This document shows positions 9,494-18,272 of a DNA stretch of 64,000 bases, piece by piece. The stretch is from Thermoproteus sp. (GTDB lineage Archaea; Thermoproteota; Thermoprotei; Thermoproteales; Thermoproteaceae). Under the pieces are notes generated by a model. It was not told the origin of the DNA. It made no database searches and saw nothing but the letters and a program-made list of their open reading frames with translations. The position numbers and the translations under genes were made by a program. The stretch is taken from positions 32,001 through 96,000 of the forward strand of contig JBMFIG010000001.1 in assembly GCA_049976425.1 (NCBI GenBank). Direction: 5' to 3'. Within the stretch, counting starts at the first letter, position 1. The number at the start of each line of letters is the position of its first letter.

Positions 9494-10308
9494 CTCTGCT
9501 GGCTTTGTTGAGGAGTTCCGCCTCCTTGTTGTGCGGCCTTCGAGAGAGCTAGGGGCAACGCGACGAACTCAAGAGATGAGGGCGTAACTATTATCAAGTT
9601 GTGTTCCCTAGCCATCTCGAGAAGGGCGTCGATCTGCCTCAGCTGGACGGCTACAGGATTCTTAGCATAAGTCTCGGCGGCCTCTAGGTATATCTTGCTG
9701 GCCTCGTACTCGGCAGAGGCTATCGTTATCTTGGCCCTACGTAATCTCTCGGCCTCGGCTTGGGACGCCATGGCCCTCACCAGAGTTTCGGGTAGCCTTA
9801 TATCGCGTATAGCCACGCCGGTCACCTTGACGCCCCACGGCGTGACGTGCTCGTCTACTATTTCGGCTATCTTCTTGGCTATCTCCTCCCTGTGGGATAA
9901 GAGCGTGTCGAGGTCCACCATGCCGACGACATCCCTCAGAGTGGCTGCGGCAAAGGTGGCCACGGCCGGGACGTGGTTCTTAACCGTCACCGCTACCTTA
10001 AGCGGGTCCACAACCCTCTGATACACGGCGGCGTCTATCGTGACCTCTACGTTGTCCTTAGTCAAGGCCTTTTGTTGAGGCACGTCGACGACCTCTATAC
10101 GTAAATCGTAGCGCACAATTGTATCTATTATAGGCACTATGAAGACGAGGCCCGGCCCCAACAAACCCGTGATCCTCCCCAGCCTGAACCTCACTGCCCT
10201 CTGGTATTCGGGGATTACCTTTATGGCCGACCCAATCAAGGAGAGGACTATTATGAGCACTATAAAGATGACAACGGCCGTGAGCACCAACCCGATCTGT
10301 AGCAACAT
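9490..10308 (-). CDS. SPFH/band 7 stomatin family protein
   Basis: EYQRAVRFRLG, LTKDNV, PWGVKV and RAMASQAEAERLRRAK motifs. Confidence 0.92.
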   Translation of the reverse strand: MLLQIGLVLTAVVIFIVLIIVLSLIGSAIKVIPEYQRAVRFRLGRITGLLGPGLVFIVPIIDTIVRYDLRIEVVDVPQQKALTKDNVEVTIDAAVYQRVVDPLKVAVTVKNHVPAVATFAAATLRDVVGMVDLDTLLSHREEIAKKIAEIVDEHVTPWGVKVTGVAIRDIRLPETLVRAMASQAEAERLRRAKITIASAEYEASKIYLEAAETYAKNPVAVQLRQIDALLEMAREHNLIIVTPSSLEFVALPLALSKAAQQGGGTPQQSQQS

Positions 10309-10337
10309 GTACAAATACTATCCCCTTAATTAAGTTG

Positions 10338-10390
10338 GTGAGGATTGCGTGGGGACGGTCTGAAGATCTGATGATAAGTCCGCGCACCGA
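10338..10390 (+). ncRNA. C/D box methylation guide sRNA
   Basis: C GTGAGGA, guide TTGCGTGGGGACGGT, D' CTGA, C' TGATGA, guide TAAGTCCGCGCA, D CCGA (10387-10390). Confidence 0.75.
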
Positions 10391-10442
10391 TCAGAGGCGA
10401 GAAAATCTCCTCACGTTATCGGCCAGTCCTGAGCTCATCACC
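10391..10442 (-). ncRNA. C/D box methylation guide sRNA
   Basis: Minus strand: C GTGATGA, guide GCTCAGGACTGG, D' CCGA, C' GTGAGGA, guide GATTTTCTCGCCT, D CTGA; TTTTTAT box 27 nt upstream (10469). Confidence 0.82.
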
Positions 10443-10491
10443 GGAGTAGAGGAAGGAAATAGATAAAAACAACGAAGGCGGTAGGTTGCCG

Positions 10492-10809
10492 ATGTTGAAG
10501 CTCGACGAGATTTTAAAAAACCTTGAAGAAATAGATAGAGCAATAAAGGAAACTGAACAAATTAAACAAAAAGTTCAGAACAATACAAACAAAATTATAG
10601 ATAAGTATTCTAGCCAACTAAACGCCGTAGTCGACTCGATAGTGAGAAAGACGGTGCAAGATTATAGAGAGAAAGCACTGAAGGAGGCTAGGGAGGAGGC
10701 CGCCCGCATTCTGCAGGAAGCTGAACAGAGGAGGAACGCATTGCTTGAGTCGTTTAACAAGAAGAGGCAAGAGGTGCTTGATGCCGTGTTGAAACAACTA
10801 GGTTTATGA
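10492..10809 (+). CDS. atpH: A/V-type ATP synthase peripheral stalk subunit H (G-like)
   Basis: Charged coiled coil (EAREEAARILQEAEQR), coupled to atpC by an ATGA overlap. Confidence 0.65.
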   Translation: MLKLDEILKNLEEIDRAIKETEQIKQKVQNNTNKIIDKYSSQLNAVVDSIVRKTVQDYREKALKEAREEAARILQEAEQRRNALLESFNKKRQEVLDAVLKQLGL

Positions 10810-11855
10810 GCTCTATACTGAGGAGGCCCAGCCTAGGCCCCAGAGTCAGAGGTCTTCGAGTTAAATCGCTCCCGAGAGATAAGGCAGTAGCGCTCGCCTA
10901 TGCCAGCTCTCCGGATGAATATCTAAATGTCTTAAGAACTACTCAATATCAAGTTTCTATAGATAAATTGACAAAAGATACATTGAATGACTTAAGAGAA
11001 CAAATTATTAAAACATATATGAACAACGTAAAGGAGCTGTATCTCGGTGCGCCCGAAGACGGCAGAGAGGTAATAAGGCTCCACCTCAGACGTTTCGAGT
11101 ACGAGAATATCGAGTATATAATCACTGCGATAAGATCAGGCAAGAACCCCGAGGACTTTGTAATAACGGAGCCTCTCGATTTTACCGGTCGGCGTTATGT
11201 CGTGACCTCGCTTCTGGGGGCAAGGAGCGTCGAGGAGGTAGGAGAGAGGCTTAAGGCTCTGGGACATCCAGCGGCCGAAGCGTTTGAGCTAATGCAGAAA
11301 TTCGGCTACGATAAATTTACTATATTTATAGATAGACAATGGATATTAGATTACACAAAATCCTTGAGTGAATTAAAAGATAAATCTATTGATAGATTAG
11401 TAAATACATTGACTACATATTTCGATGTAGTGTTGGCTGTTAGGGCTAAGATATGGGGTCTCTCTCCCGAGGAGATTGCGTCTCTCACCACTGGCATGCC
11501 CTCTGGGGTCGTCAAGGAGATTTTCGACGCCACTGCGCGCGGCGAGGTCGCCAGGACCTTGGACTTGATATCTGGGATCAAGCCGTGGGGTCAAGTGATC
11601 GCCTCCATGGCCTCCGAGGAGCCCACGTTCGAAAACCTCTCGGTGGTCCTCGACAACGCCTATCCGGCGATAATGAGGAAGCTCGCCGACGCCTGTATCG
11701 TAGAGTGTTCGGAGTTCTCCTTGGGCTCGTTGCTGGCGTCGTTGGAGTACATGAGGGCGGAGGCCATGCTCATAGTCAAGGCAGCTGCCATGTTGGTAGA
11801 AGGCGTCTCTGTAGAAAAAAGACGCAGTTACTTCGCCCCCCTGACGCTTATTTAG
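10806..11855 (+). CDS. atpC: A/V-type ATP synthase subunit C
   Basis: PRVRGLRVKSL N-terminus, RRFEYENI, 349 aa helical protein, ATP synthase context. Confidence 0.85.
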   Translation: MSSILRRPSLGPRVRGLRVKSLPRDKAVALAYASSPDEYLNVLRTTQYQVSIDKLTKDTLNDLREQIIKTYMNNVKELYLGAPEDGREVIRLHLRRFEYENIEYIITAIRSGKNPEDFVITEPLDFTGRRYVVTSLLGARSVEEVGERLKALGHPAAEAFELMQKFGYDKFTIFIDRQWILDYTKSLSELKDKSIDRLVNTLTTYFDVVLAVRAKIWGLSPEEIASLTTGMPSGVVKEIFDATARGEVARTLDLISGIKPWGQVIASMASEEPTFENLSVVLDNAYPAIMRKLADACIVECSEFSLGSLLASLEYMRAEAMLIVKAAAMLVEGVSVEKRRSYFAPLTLI

Positions 11856-12120
11856 CAGCAAGTATAAAGCCTATCAGCAATCCGTATATAGCTATCGCCT
11901 CTGCCAGCGCCAAGAATATTAGGTACCACACGCGCTCCTGCGGCCTCTCGACGAGGGCCGACATAGCCGCCGCGCCGGCTATGCCCACGCCTATGCCAGC
12001 TCCCAGACCTGCGAGGCCCACGGCTAGGCCGGCTCCTATATATTGGCTGCCCGACTGGGTCGTCTGCGCAAACGCCGCCGCGCTCAGCAACAGGAGAGGC
12101 AATAGGTATCTAGCCGCCAT
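11848..12120 (-). CDS. atpK: A/V-type ATP synthase proteolipid subunit K (c)
   Basis: Gly-rich helix GAGLAVGLAGLGAGIGVG and ALAEAIAIYG with the ion-binding Glu. Confidence 0.95.
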   Translation of the reverse strand: MAARYLLPLLLLSAAAFAQTTQSGSQYIGAGLAVGLAGLGAGIGVGIAGAAAMSALVERPQERVWYLIFLALAEAIAIYGLLIGFILAAK

Positions 12121-12133
12121 GGCCCACGGTGTT

Positions 12134-12286
12134 TTACTGTGCTTTTAAATATTGCCTTAGCCTCTCTATTTGGACATCGATCTCCCTGATAGATTCATCG
12201 AGCTCCTTCTTGGCCTCGCCGAGAATTTTTTCGAGTTCTTTATCTATAAGCTCCCTTATCTGGGCCTCAAGCCCCTTCATAGACAT
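12134..12286 (-). CDS. 50-aa coiled-coil protein, probable small ATP synthase subunit (not in ORF track)
   Basis: Manual translation MSMKGLEAQIRELIDKELEKILGEAKKELDESIREIDVQIERLRQYLKAQ*; GAGGA upstream; fills the atpD-atpK gap. Confidence 0.7.
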   Translation of the reverse strand: MSMKGLEAQIRELIDKELEKILGEAKKELDESIREIDVQIERLRQYLKAQ

Positions 12287-12325
12287 CGAAGTCCTCTTGC
12301 GGGCTGTTTTAATCGTTTACGGCCG

Positions 12326-12931
12326 CTAGCTCTGGGCCGCCGCCGTGATGATCTTCCGCCTTATGAAGTCTTCCCTCTCCTGTTCCTCCAGCGCTAGAGT
12401 TATGTACTTGATGGTTTCCTGGATCCTTGGAACTATCACGTAATCTATCGCGTTGATCATGCGCTGGTACTCCCTGACTCTATTCAGAAGCGTGTAGAAC
12501 AAGGTCTCCTTCTCGGCGAACGAGATCAGTTTAGGCAATAGATCGCGCATCTTTACTAGTGCTAGGTCCAGCTCAGGCGCCTCCGCTATCAGGCTATAGA
12601 TAGGGTACTTGCCGTAGTTCTCCACCTCCAAGCCCATATAGAGGCCTCTATTGACTAGAGCGACGGCGGCCGTCTTAGGCGTCATCTCGGCCAACATATC
12701 CAGCCTATCGATGCCCTCCTTGGCGGCCGCCATCTTGAAGAGGTCCGATATCTCCGAAAACCGCGCCGCTATCTCGGCCCTATCTCTTTCGAGCTCAGCT
12801 ATAAGCGCTCTTATTCTCTGTATAGTGCTGTTCCTCGCGTCCTCCAAGGTCTTCTTTATCCTCATAAAGAGCTGGAGCCTCCTCCGTTGGTTGATCAACT
12901 CCAGCCGCGAAGGGCTCACGCGCGAGGACAC
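12326..12931 (-). CDS. atpD: A/V-type ATP synthase subunit D
   Basis: PSRLEL N-terminus and QRMINAIDYVIVPRIQETIKYITLALEEQEREDFIRRK C-terminus. Confidence 0.93.
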   Translation of the reverse strand: MSSRVSPSRLELINQRRRLQLFMRIKKTLEDARNSTIQRIRALIAELERDRAEIAARFSEISDLFKMAAAKEGIDRLDMLAEMTPKTAAVALVNRGLYMGLEVENYGKYPIYSLIAEAPELDLALVKMRDLLPKLISFAEKETLFYTLLNRVREYQRMINAIDYVIVPRIQETIKYITLALEEQEREDFIRRKIITAAAQS

Positions 12932-12976
12932 GGCCTCTAGGCGGCGCCTCTTTAAAATTATTGCGCTACCAACTAC

Positions 12977-13321
12977 ATGGAGGCCAAGACCAGAGCAGGT
13001 TCCAAGGTCGATAGAGTGGCCGGCGTGAGATCTGCCGACATAGCCAACGCCGTGAGGTATATAGTGGCTGGCGACAACGGCGATTACTATCTCGTAGCGC
13101 TGTCCGGCGATAGGCCGCTTTATACGTATTCCATAAGGTATGAGCTGGCCGGATACTCAATTCTAGGGAAGGTCGAGCTCAAATGCGCCAAATGCGGCGG
13201 ATCTCTAACCAAGTTCTATGTCTATAGGGATCTATACGGCGAATGCGAGAGAGGGCATTTAAACCACGTGGGGGTGATTGTCGCGTGGCTGAGGCCTGGA
13301 GAAGAGTCAGAAGAGTTGTAG
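12977..13321 (+). CDS. hypothetical Zn-ribbon protein
   Basis: CAKC...CERGH; TTTAAA box upstream. Confidence 0.6.
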   Translation: MEAKTRAGSKVDRVAGVRSADIANAVRYIVAGDNGDYYLVALSGDRPLYTYSIRYELAGYSILGKVELKCAKCGGSLTKFYVYRDLYGECERGHLNHVGVIVAWLRPGEESEEL

Positions 13322-14073
13322 AGGACAGCGATTTAGTCCTCGAGGTGCTGGACGCCCGGGATCCTCTCGCTACGCGCAACTTAGACGTGGAGAGGCTTGC
13401 CGGATCTCTAGGCAAACGGGTCATAGTTGCTATAAATAAGGCGGACCTAATTCCGTTGGAGGTAGGGCTTAGATGGAAGCGTTGGTTCGAGTCACAAGGG
13501 CTTCCGTCGGTGTTCTTCAGCGCCAAGGAGAGGCTCGGCACGAGGAAGCTTATGGCCTACATAAAGAGGCTGGCGCCTGCGGTCCCGGTCAAGGTTGCCG
13601 TAGTTGGGTATCCAAACGTGGGTAAGTCCACGATAATAAACTACCTCAAGGGCAGACACGTCGCATCTACGAGCCCGAAGCCCGGCTGGACCAGAGGCGA
13701 ACAGCTGGTGAGGGCTAAGAGCTGGCTATTGGTCATAGACACCCCCGGCGTCCTCACGGCCGAAGGCGCCGAGGATCCGGCGGTTGCCGTGGTCCGCGGC
13801 GCGGTGGATCCAGGCAGAGTCGACGACGCGGTGCCCTACGCCGTCGCGTTGATAAATAGGGTGCTCAAGCTCAACCCCAAGGCCCTCGGGATATACGGAT
13901 ACGCGGGCACGTCGGCTGAGGAGGCGCTCGAATATGTCGGCAGGCGTTATGGGCGTCTGCTGAAGGGCGGCCGCGTAAACATCGACGAGGCGGCCAGGAG
14001 GGTCTTAGTCGATTGGATAGAGGGAAGGCTCACCTATTGGTACGAGCCCGACAGTCCGCAAGCTCCTGCTTGA
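13285..14073 (+). CDS. circularly permuted ribosome biogenesis GTPase (RbgA/YlqF family)
   Basis: EVLDARDP, NKADL, GYPNVGKS and IDTPG in G4-G1-G3 order. Confidence 0.92.
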   Translation: MAEAWRRVRRVVEDSDLVLEVLDARDPLATRNLDVERLAGSLGKRVIVAINKADLIPLEVGLRWKRWFESQGLPSVFFSAKERLGTRKLMAYIKRLAPAVPVKVAVVGYPNVGKSTIINYLKGRHVASTSPKPGWTRGEQLVRAKSWLLVIDTPGVLTAEGAEDPAVAVVRGAVDPGRVDDAVPYAVALINRVLKLNPKALGIYGYAGTSAEEALEYVGRRYGRLLKGGRVNIDEAARRVLVDWIEGRLTYWYEPDSPQAPA

Positions 14074-14689
14074 GATCGCGCTCGTATATCTCGCCCCGCG
14101 GCGCTTTCTCCTTGAACAACTGTGCCTCGAAGACGTAGACCTTGGTCCTCTCGTCAAGCCAACAATCGGCATGTAGCCAGGCCTTGAGGCATCCGTTCGA
14201 GAGGAACTCCTCGGAGTCCCAACATTCCTCCACAGGCACTTGGGGCAGAAGGAGGCCGGAGTAGAACCCTCTCTTTATCACTATCCCGTGCCTCCCCACC
14301 TCGACCAATTTTAAATACTCCTTGGGGTTGGGAGGCAACTGCCTCAACGGGCTCAACACAGACACCTCGAACACCACGTCGTCGAGCTCGTCGCTCGTCA
14401 TGGCGGGGAAGCGCGGATCTTGGCAACACGCAGCTATGGCGCTGTATATAGTCGCGTACGCTACGTTCCTATAGCCCTCCGGATAGCCGATACAGCCCCT
14501 CAACTCCAACTTTCCGCCCGCGAGCTTCTCCACGGTCGTGAAGACGCCGTAGGGATCCTTCAACAGCCTCTCCGGCGTATCTGCCGGAGGCTCTATTATC
14601 ACGCCGCGCGTCAAGTATTCCTCGACGGCTCTTCTGGCCAGCCTGACTAGGAAGGCTCCTTCCTCGAGGGAATAGGGACGGAAAGACAT
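14030..14689 (-). CDS. AMMECR1 / AmmeMemoRadiSam protein A family
   Basis: LRGCIG, DPRF, EVSVLS and GLLLPQVPVE; likely start MSFRPY. Confidence 0.9.
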   Translation of the reverse strand: MSFRPYSLEEGAFLVRLARRAVEEYLTRGVIIEPPADTPERLLKDPYGVFTTVEKLAGGKLELRGCIGYPEGYRNVAYATIYSAIAACCQDPRFPAMTSDELDDVVFEVSVLSPLRQLPPNPKEYLKLVEVGRHGIVIKRGFYSGLLLPQVPVEECWDSEEFLSNGCLKAWLHADCWLDERTKVYVFEAQLFKEKAPRGEIYERDLKQELADCRARTNR

Positions 14690-14719
14690 GTCCTTAAAAA
14701 CGGCCCCAAAAATATATTC

Positions 14720-14947
14720 ATGCCGCGGTGCTCCGTCTGCGGACGCGACGTCAATGTGGCCAAGATAGCTTACATCCGCGGCAACATATTCGTGTGCGAC
14801 GATTGTTTTCCCCAGTATTATGTCAAGGAGATCTGTAGGGTCGTCCAGAGAAGGCTTAAAGGCGAGAACCCCGTCGCGTGTATATACTGCAAATACAGGA
14901 AGATATGCGACGAACACGTCTCGAAGACGCTGAAGTCATTGGCCTAA
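14720..14947 (+). CDS. small Cys-rich Zn-binding protein
   Basis: CSVC, CDDC and CIYC...C (8 Cys in 75 aa); TTAAAAA 27 nt upstream. Confidence 0.75.
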   Translation: MPRCSVCGRDVNVAKIAYIRGNIFVCDDCFPQYYVKEICRVVQRRLKGENPVACIYCKYRKICDEHVSKTLKSLA

Positions 14948-16075
14948 CACGGCCAGGAAGAAGCCAGGCACGTCGAAGACGTTGGGCATAAAGCGTCTGC
15001 AATCGCCGCATCCCCAGCCTTCCACGGCCCTCGGCACGTATATCGACACAGTCTTCAGCCCGAGCTCCTCGACGGCCCACAGCACGTTTCCCTCGTTTTC
15101 TGTGAACGTGAGCGTGCAGGTCGAGTATATTACGTATCTGGCCAACCTGGCCGCCGCGGCTATGAACTGCCTCTGGTAGCGCGCCAAGGTCTCTACATCT
15201 CTCATAGAGATCGCGTGGCTGAGCTTAGGCCTAACGCCTAGATCACTACAGGGAGGATCTACGAGCGCCACATCGCCCCTCAAGAACGGAAAATCCCTAT
15301 CGACATACCGGCTGTCGTGCACCAACACGTCGACGAGATGCTCTAGGCCCAGCCTCCTGGCGTTTTCGATTATCCGCTCCACCTTAGGCCTCGACCGGTC
15401 GAACGCTATCACGTGGATGGACAACTGCGCCATGTGGGTAGTCTTCCCGCCCGGCGACGCGTTTAGGTCTATCGCCCTTCTGGCGCCCAAGGCGGCGGCC
15501 AGTCTGCCCACCCACATGGCCGGCATGCTCTGGTCGTAGAAGTAGCCCCTCGCGAACTCCTCGAGCTCCCTGAGCTTCGGAGCCTCGTAGACGCTCCGGA
15601 GGGTCCTCACTGCGAGCCCCCGCCTATATTTCACCATGTCGAACCCGTCCATCTCGGCGACGCCGTAGGCCACGATCTGTCCATCCGGGCTAACCACGTT
15701 CACCTCGTCGCCTCTACGTACACCGGGCGCCTTGAGGACGCCCGGCGCGTAGAGATCGCTGCCCATATAAACGCTCTCGGCGGCCCGTTTCTCGGCGACG
15801 ATCTCCTTCCTGGCCGATGGCACGTCGAAGGGCCCCCTTATTGGGATCCACAGAGCCTCCTCTAGGTACTCGTCGCGGTATACGGAGAACCTCTTGGACA
15901 GCCGTTCGACGAGCTCCTCCGGCGTTATCTTGGCAGTGTTCGCCCTGATGTAGTATCTATGCGGAGGCCTCTTGATCGCTAGGAGAATTCTCTCTATCTC
16001 TTTATCGCTTATATATTGAAGAAATTCGTTATATAAATCTTTATCTATTCTTATTCCATTAAAATCTATCCACAT
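14936..16075 (-). CDS. RsmB/NOP2 m5C RNA methyltransferase with PUA domain (NSUN6-like)
   Basis: LYAPGV PUA domain, ASPGGKTTH, DPPCS and YSTCT. Confidence 0.9.
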   Translation of the reverse strand: MWIDFNGIRIDKDLYNEFLQYISDKEIERILLAIKRPPHRYYIRANTAKITPEELVERLSKRFSVYRDEYLEEALWIPIRGPFDVPSARKEIVAEKRAAESVYMGSDLYAPGVLKAPGVRRGDEVNVVSPDGQIVAYGVAEMDGFDMVKYRRGLAVRTLRSVYEAPKLRELEEFARGYFYDQSMPAMWVGRLAAALGARRAIDLNASPGGKTTHMAQLSIHVIAFDRSRPKVERIIENARRLGLEHLVDVLVHDSRYVDRDFPFLRGDVALVDPPCSDLGVRPKLSHAISMRDVETLARYQRQFIAAAARLARYVIYSTCTLTFTENEGNVLWAVEELGLKTVSIYVPRAVEGWGCGDCRRFMPNVFDVPGFFLAVLGQ

Positions 16076-16410
16076 TAAGAGTTTTTAATTAGCTGGGCGA
16101 GAAGCTCCTTAGCCTTGACCGTGGGATTGGATCTGACGAGGCGCCACAGCTCAGAGCTTTCGTCCAATACATACCTATAGCTTCTGTTCTTGCCGAGCCC
16201 CTCGGTGTTAGCCCTTACTAGATTCTGCCTCGATAGCCTTTTCAGAAGCCGGGCGGCCCGGAGTATAGTTCTGTGATCGGAGCCGTATCCCGTCATTTTA
16301 GCTAAAGAAGCCGCCCTTATGCTTATGACTTTTCCCTTTGAATTTTTTATCAACGACACTAGAGCATCTACAAGTCTACGTTCCAAATGATCCAAGTCCA
16401 TATGCCTCAC
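16075..16410 (-). CDS. basic winged-helix DNA-binding protein (Sul12a-like)
   Basis: 111 aa and basic; pattern LIKNSKGKVISIRAASLA...LKRL...SELW resembles the crenarchaeal wHTH chromatin protein family as recalled, not searched. Confidence 0.6.
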   Translation of the reverse strand: MRHMDLDHLERRLVDALVSLIKNSKGKVISIRAASLAKMTGYGSDHRTILRAARLLKRLSRQNLVRANTEGLGKNRSYRYVLDESSELWRLVRSNPTVKAKELLAQLIKNS

Positions 16411-16455
16411 CTCAAGCTTATTTTTAAGCTTTTCTTAATATACATCTAACATCCA

Positions 16456-16473
16456 TTAAGGCCATGGCCTTAA
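16456..16473. promoter_or_regulatory. perfect 18-bp palindrome TTAAGGCCATGGCCTTAA
   Basis: Exact inverted repeat about 45 nt upstream of the wHTH gene. Confidence 0.55.
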
Positions 16474-16515
16474 AAGCTTATACCGACCAGAAGCGTGCAA
16501 GATATTCGCTCCTGC

Positions 16516-17631
16516 CTAAGACGATCTCTGGGCCACGAACCTCTTGATGTTCCTATCAAGCGGTTGCGTCAATAGGCCCACCTCGGTTATTATAGCGGTT
16601 ATATATTTAGGCGGAGTCTCGTCGAAGACGGGGTTGTAGACGTCGACGTCGGTCATCGTCACGTACACGTTGCCGTGGGCTGTCCTGACCGTTCTGACTT
16701 CGTCGGGGTCGCGCTCCTCTATGCGGACCTCCTCGGGCTTATGTTCGAGGTCGAAGGTGCTGGTGGGCGCGGCCACGTAGAAGGGCACGCCGAATTCGTG
16801 GGCCAGTACCGCCTCGTTCAAAGTGCCGATCTTGTTATAGACGGTGCCGTCGGCGAGGATTCTGTCGGCTCCCACTATCGCCAGATTCACGAGCCTCCTC
16901 CTCAAGACGAGCCCTACGGCCGTGTCGGCTATCAGCTTGACCCTGACGCCGTTCTCTCTGAGCTCGTAGGCGGTAAGCCTGGCTCCTTGTTGCCACGGCC
17001 GGGTCTCGGGCGCTATGACCGAGACGTCTATGCCCAGATATTTAGCTACATAGATGGGCGCCGTTGCGGTGCCTAGAGCTCCGGTCGCCAAACTGCCGGC
17101 GTTGCATTGGGTCAAGACCCAGTCCCCCGGCTGTATAAGCTGGACGCCGTATACCCCCATCCTCACCTCTGCGTCGAGCTCCTCGTCGAATATCCTGTTG
17201 GCCTCCGCGACTAACTCCTCCCTCAACTCCTTCGTGTTTTTGACAGACCCAGCCTCCACTAACGCCTTGGCTTTGCCGTACATCCTATTCAAGGCCCAGA
17301 ACAGGTTCTGGGCAGTCGGCCTGGTCCTAGACAGCTTGTCTCTGGCCAGCTCTAGCGCCTTCAAGGCGTTGTTGAGGTCGCCGACGTCGCGCTCGAAGAG
17401 GGCGAGGGCCATGCCGTACGCGGCGGTTATGCCTATGGCCGGCGCTCCGCGGACGGCCATGTTCCTTATAGCGTCGGCGACTGCGTCGACGGTCTTCAGC
17501 TCTAAATACCTAGTCTCGAAGGGGAGTAGCCTTTGGTCGAGCAGGACCAGCCTATCGCCCTTCCACTCTATAACTTTCAGCTTCGGCCTATAGTTGGCCT
17601 TTATCTCCTTAACCAGATCCTCTACGTTCAT
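16516..17631 (-). CDS. mtnA: methylthioribose-1-phosphate isomerase
   Basis: [35 protein letters not shown] and NKIGT. Confidence 0.93.
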   Translation of the reverse strand: MNVEDLVKEIKANYRPKLKVIEWKGDRLVLLDQRLLPFETRYLELKTVDAVADAIRNMAVRGAPAIGITAAYGMALALFERDVGDLNNALKALELARDKLSRTRPTAQNLFWALNRMYGKAKALVEAGSVKNTKELREELVAEANRIFDEELDAEVRMGVYGVQLIQPGDWVLTQCNAGSLATGALGTATAPIYVAKYLGIDVSVIAPETRPWQQGARLTAYELRENGVRVKLIADTAVGLVLRRRLVNLAIVGADRILADGTVYNKIGTLNEAVLAHEFGVPFYVAAPTSTFDLEHKPEEVRIEERDPDEVRTVRTAHGNVYVTMTDVDVYNPVFDETPPKYITAIITEVGLLTQPLDRNIKRFVAQRSS

Positions 17632-17650
17632 GGAGAGGCGCGCCCAGACA

Positions 17651-18232
17651 CTATTTATACATGTTCCTGAGGGACAGCTTCACTAAGGCCAAATTCCTCA
17701 GGGCGTCGTACGATACGGGTAGCTTTTTCCCCAATTCTCTCAAGATCTCGTCGCATTTATCGATCTTGGAGCAGAAACAAGAATAGTCGGGGCATTGGGC
17801 TAGGGCCTCGGCGACATCGTCGCCCATCTCAGCTAAGGCGGTCAATATATGCGCCGCCGCGCGTATGAACGCCAACGTCAACGCCCCCACCAGCTCGTCT
17901 ATTGAGAGGAACACGTAGTCGGGCAGAGTAACCACCTCGACGCCGAGCTCCTCGGCCAGCTTCTTAGCCGACTCGTCAGAATAGCCTCTGCAGACAACCA
18001 TGGGCCTTGCGTCGAGGAGCTTTGCGTTTATGTAAGCCTGCCTTATCCCGGATACGTCTACCTTGCCCGCCTTTATCTCGATCGCGTACAGCCTCTTATC
18101 CATATCCTCGGCGAGCACGTCCACCTCGCCGAGCTCCACATCGCCTTTCATGATCTTGTACCTATGGGCTAGAGGGGTGAGGCCCAACGTCGGTAGTAGA
18201 TCCATAACGAAGGTCTCGAACTTGACCCCCAT
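17651..18232 (-). CDS. RecB-like / PD-(D/E)XK nuclease
   Basis: GEVDVLA...AIEIKAG...GIRQAY. Confidence 0.75.
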   Translation of the reverse strand: MGVKFETFVMDLLPTLGLTPLAHRYKIMKGDVELGEVDVLAEDMDKRLYAIEIKAGKVDVSGIRQAYINAKLLDARPMVVCRGYSDESAKKLAEELGVEVVTLPDYVFLSIDELVGALTLAFIRAAAHILTALAEMGDDVAEALAQCPDYSCFCSKIDKCDEILRELGKKLPVSYDALRNLALVKLSLRNMYK

Positions 18233-18272
18233 GCAACACGAAACATTTTAAATTACTATTTCACCGCCTTCG

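Noticed and set aside
14690-14917. N-terminal extension of the AMMECR1 ORF in the track (similar extensions for xpb, coxG, glcD, the M32 and M28 peptidases, Thg1)
   Set aside because: The extensions overlap neighbouring genes or promoters; downstream starts fit TATA spacing and family lengths.
6099-18232. Two PD-(D/E)XK nucleases as a restriction-modification or defense system
   Set aside because: They are 11 kb apart, embedded among housekeeping genes with host-like composition, and have no DNA methyltransferase or other defense genes nearby.
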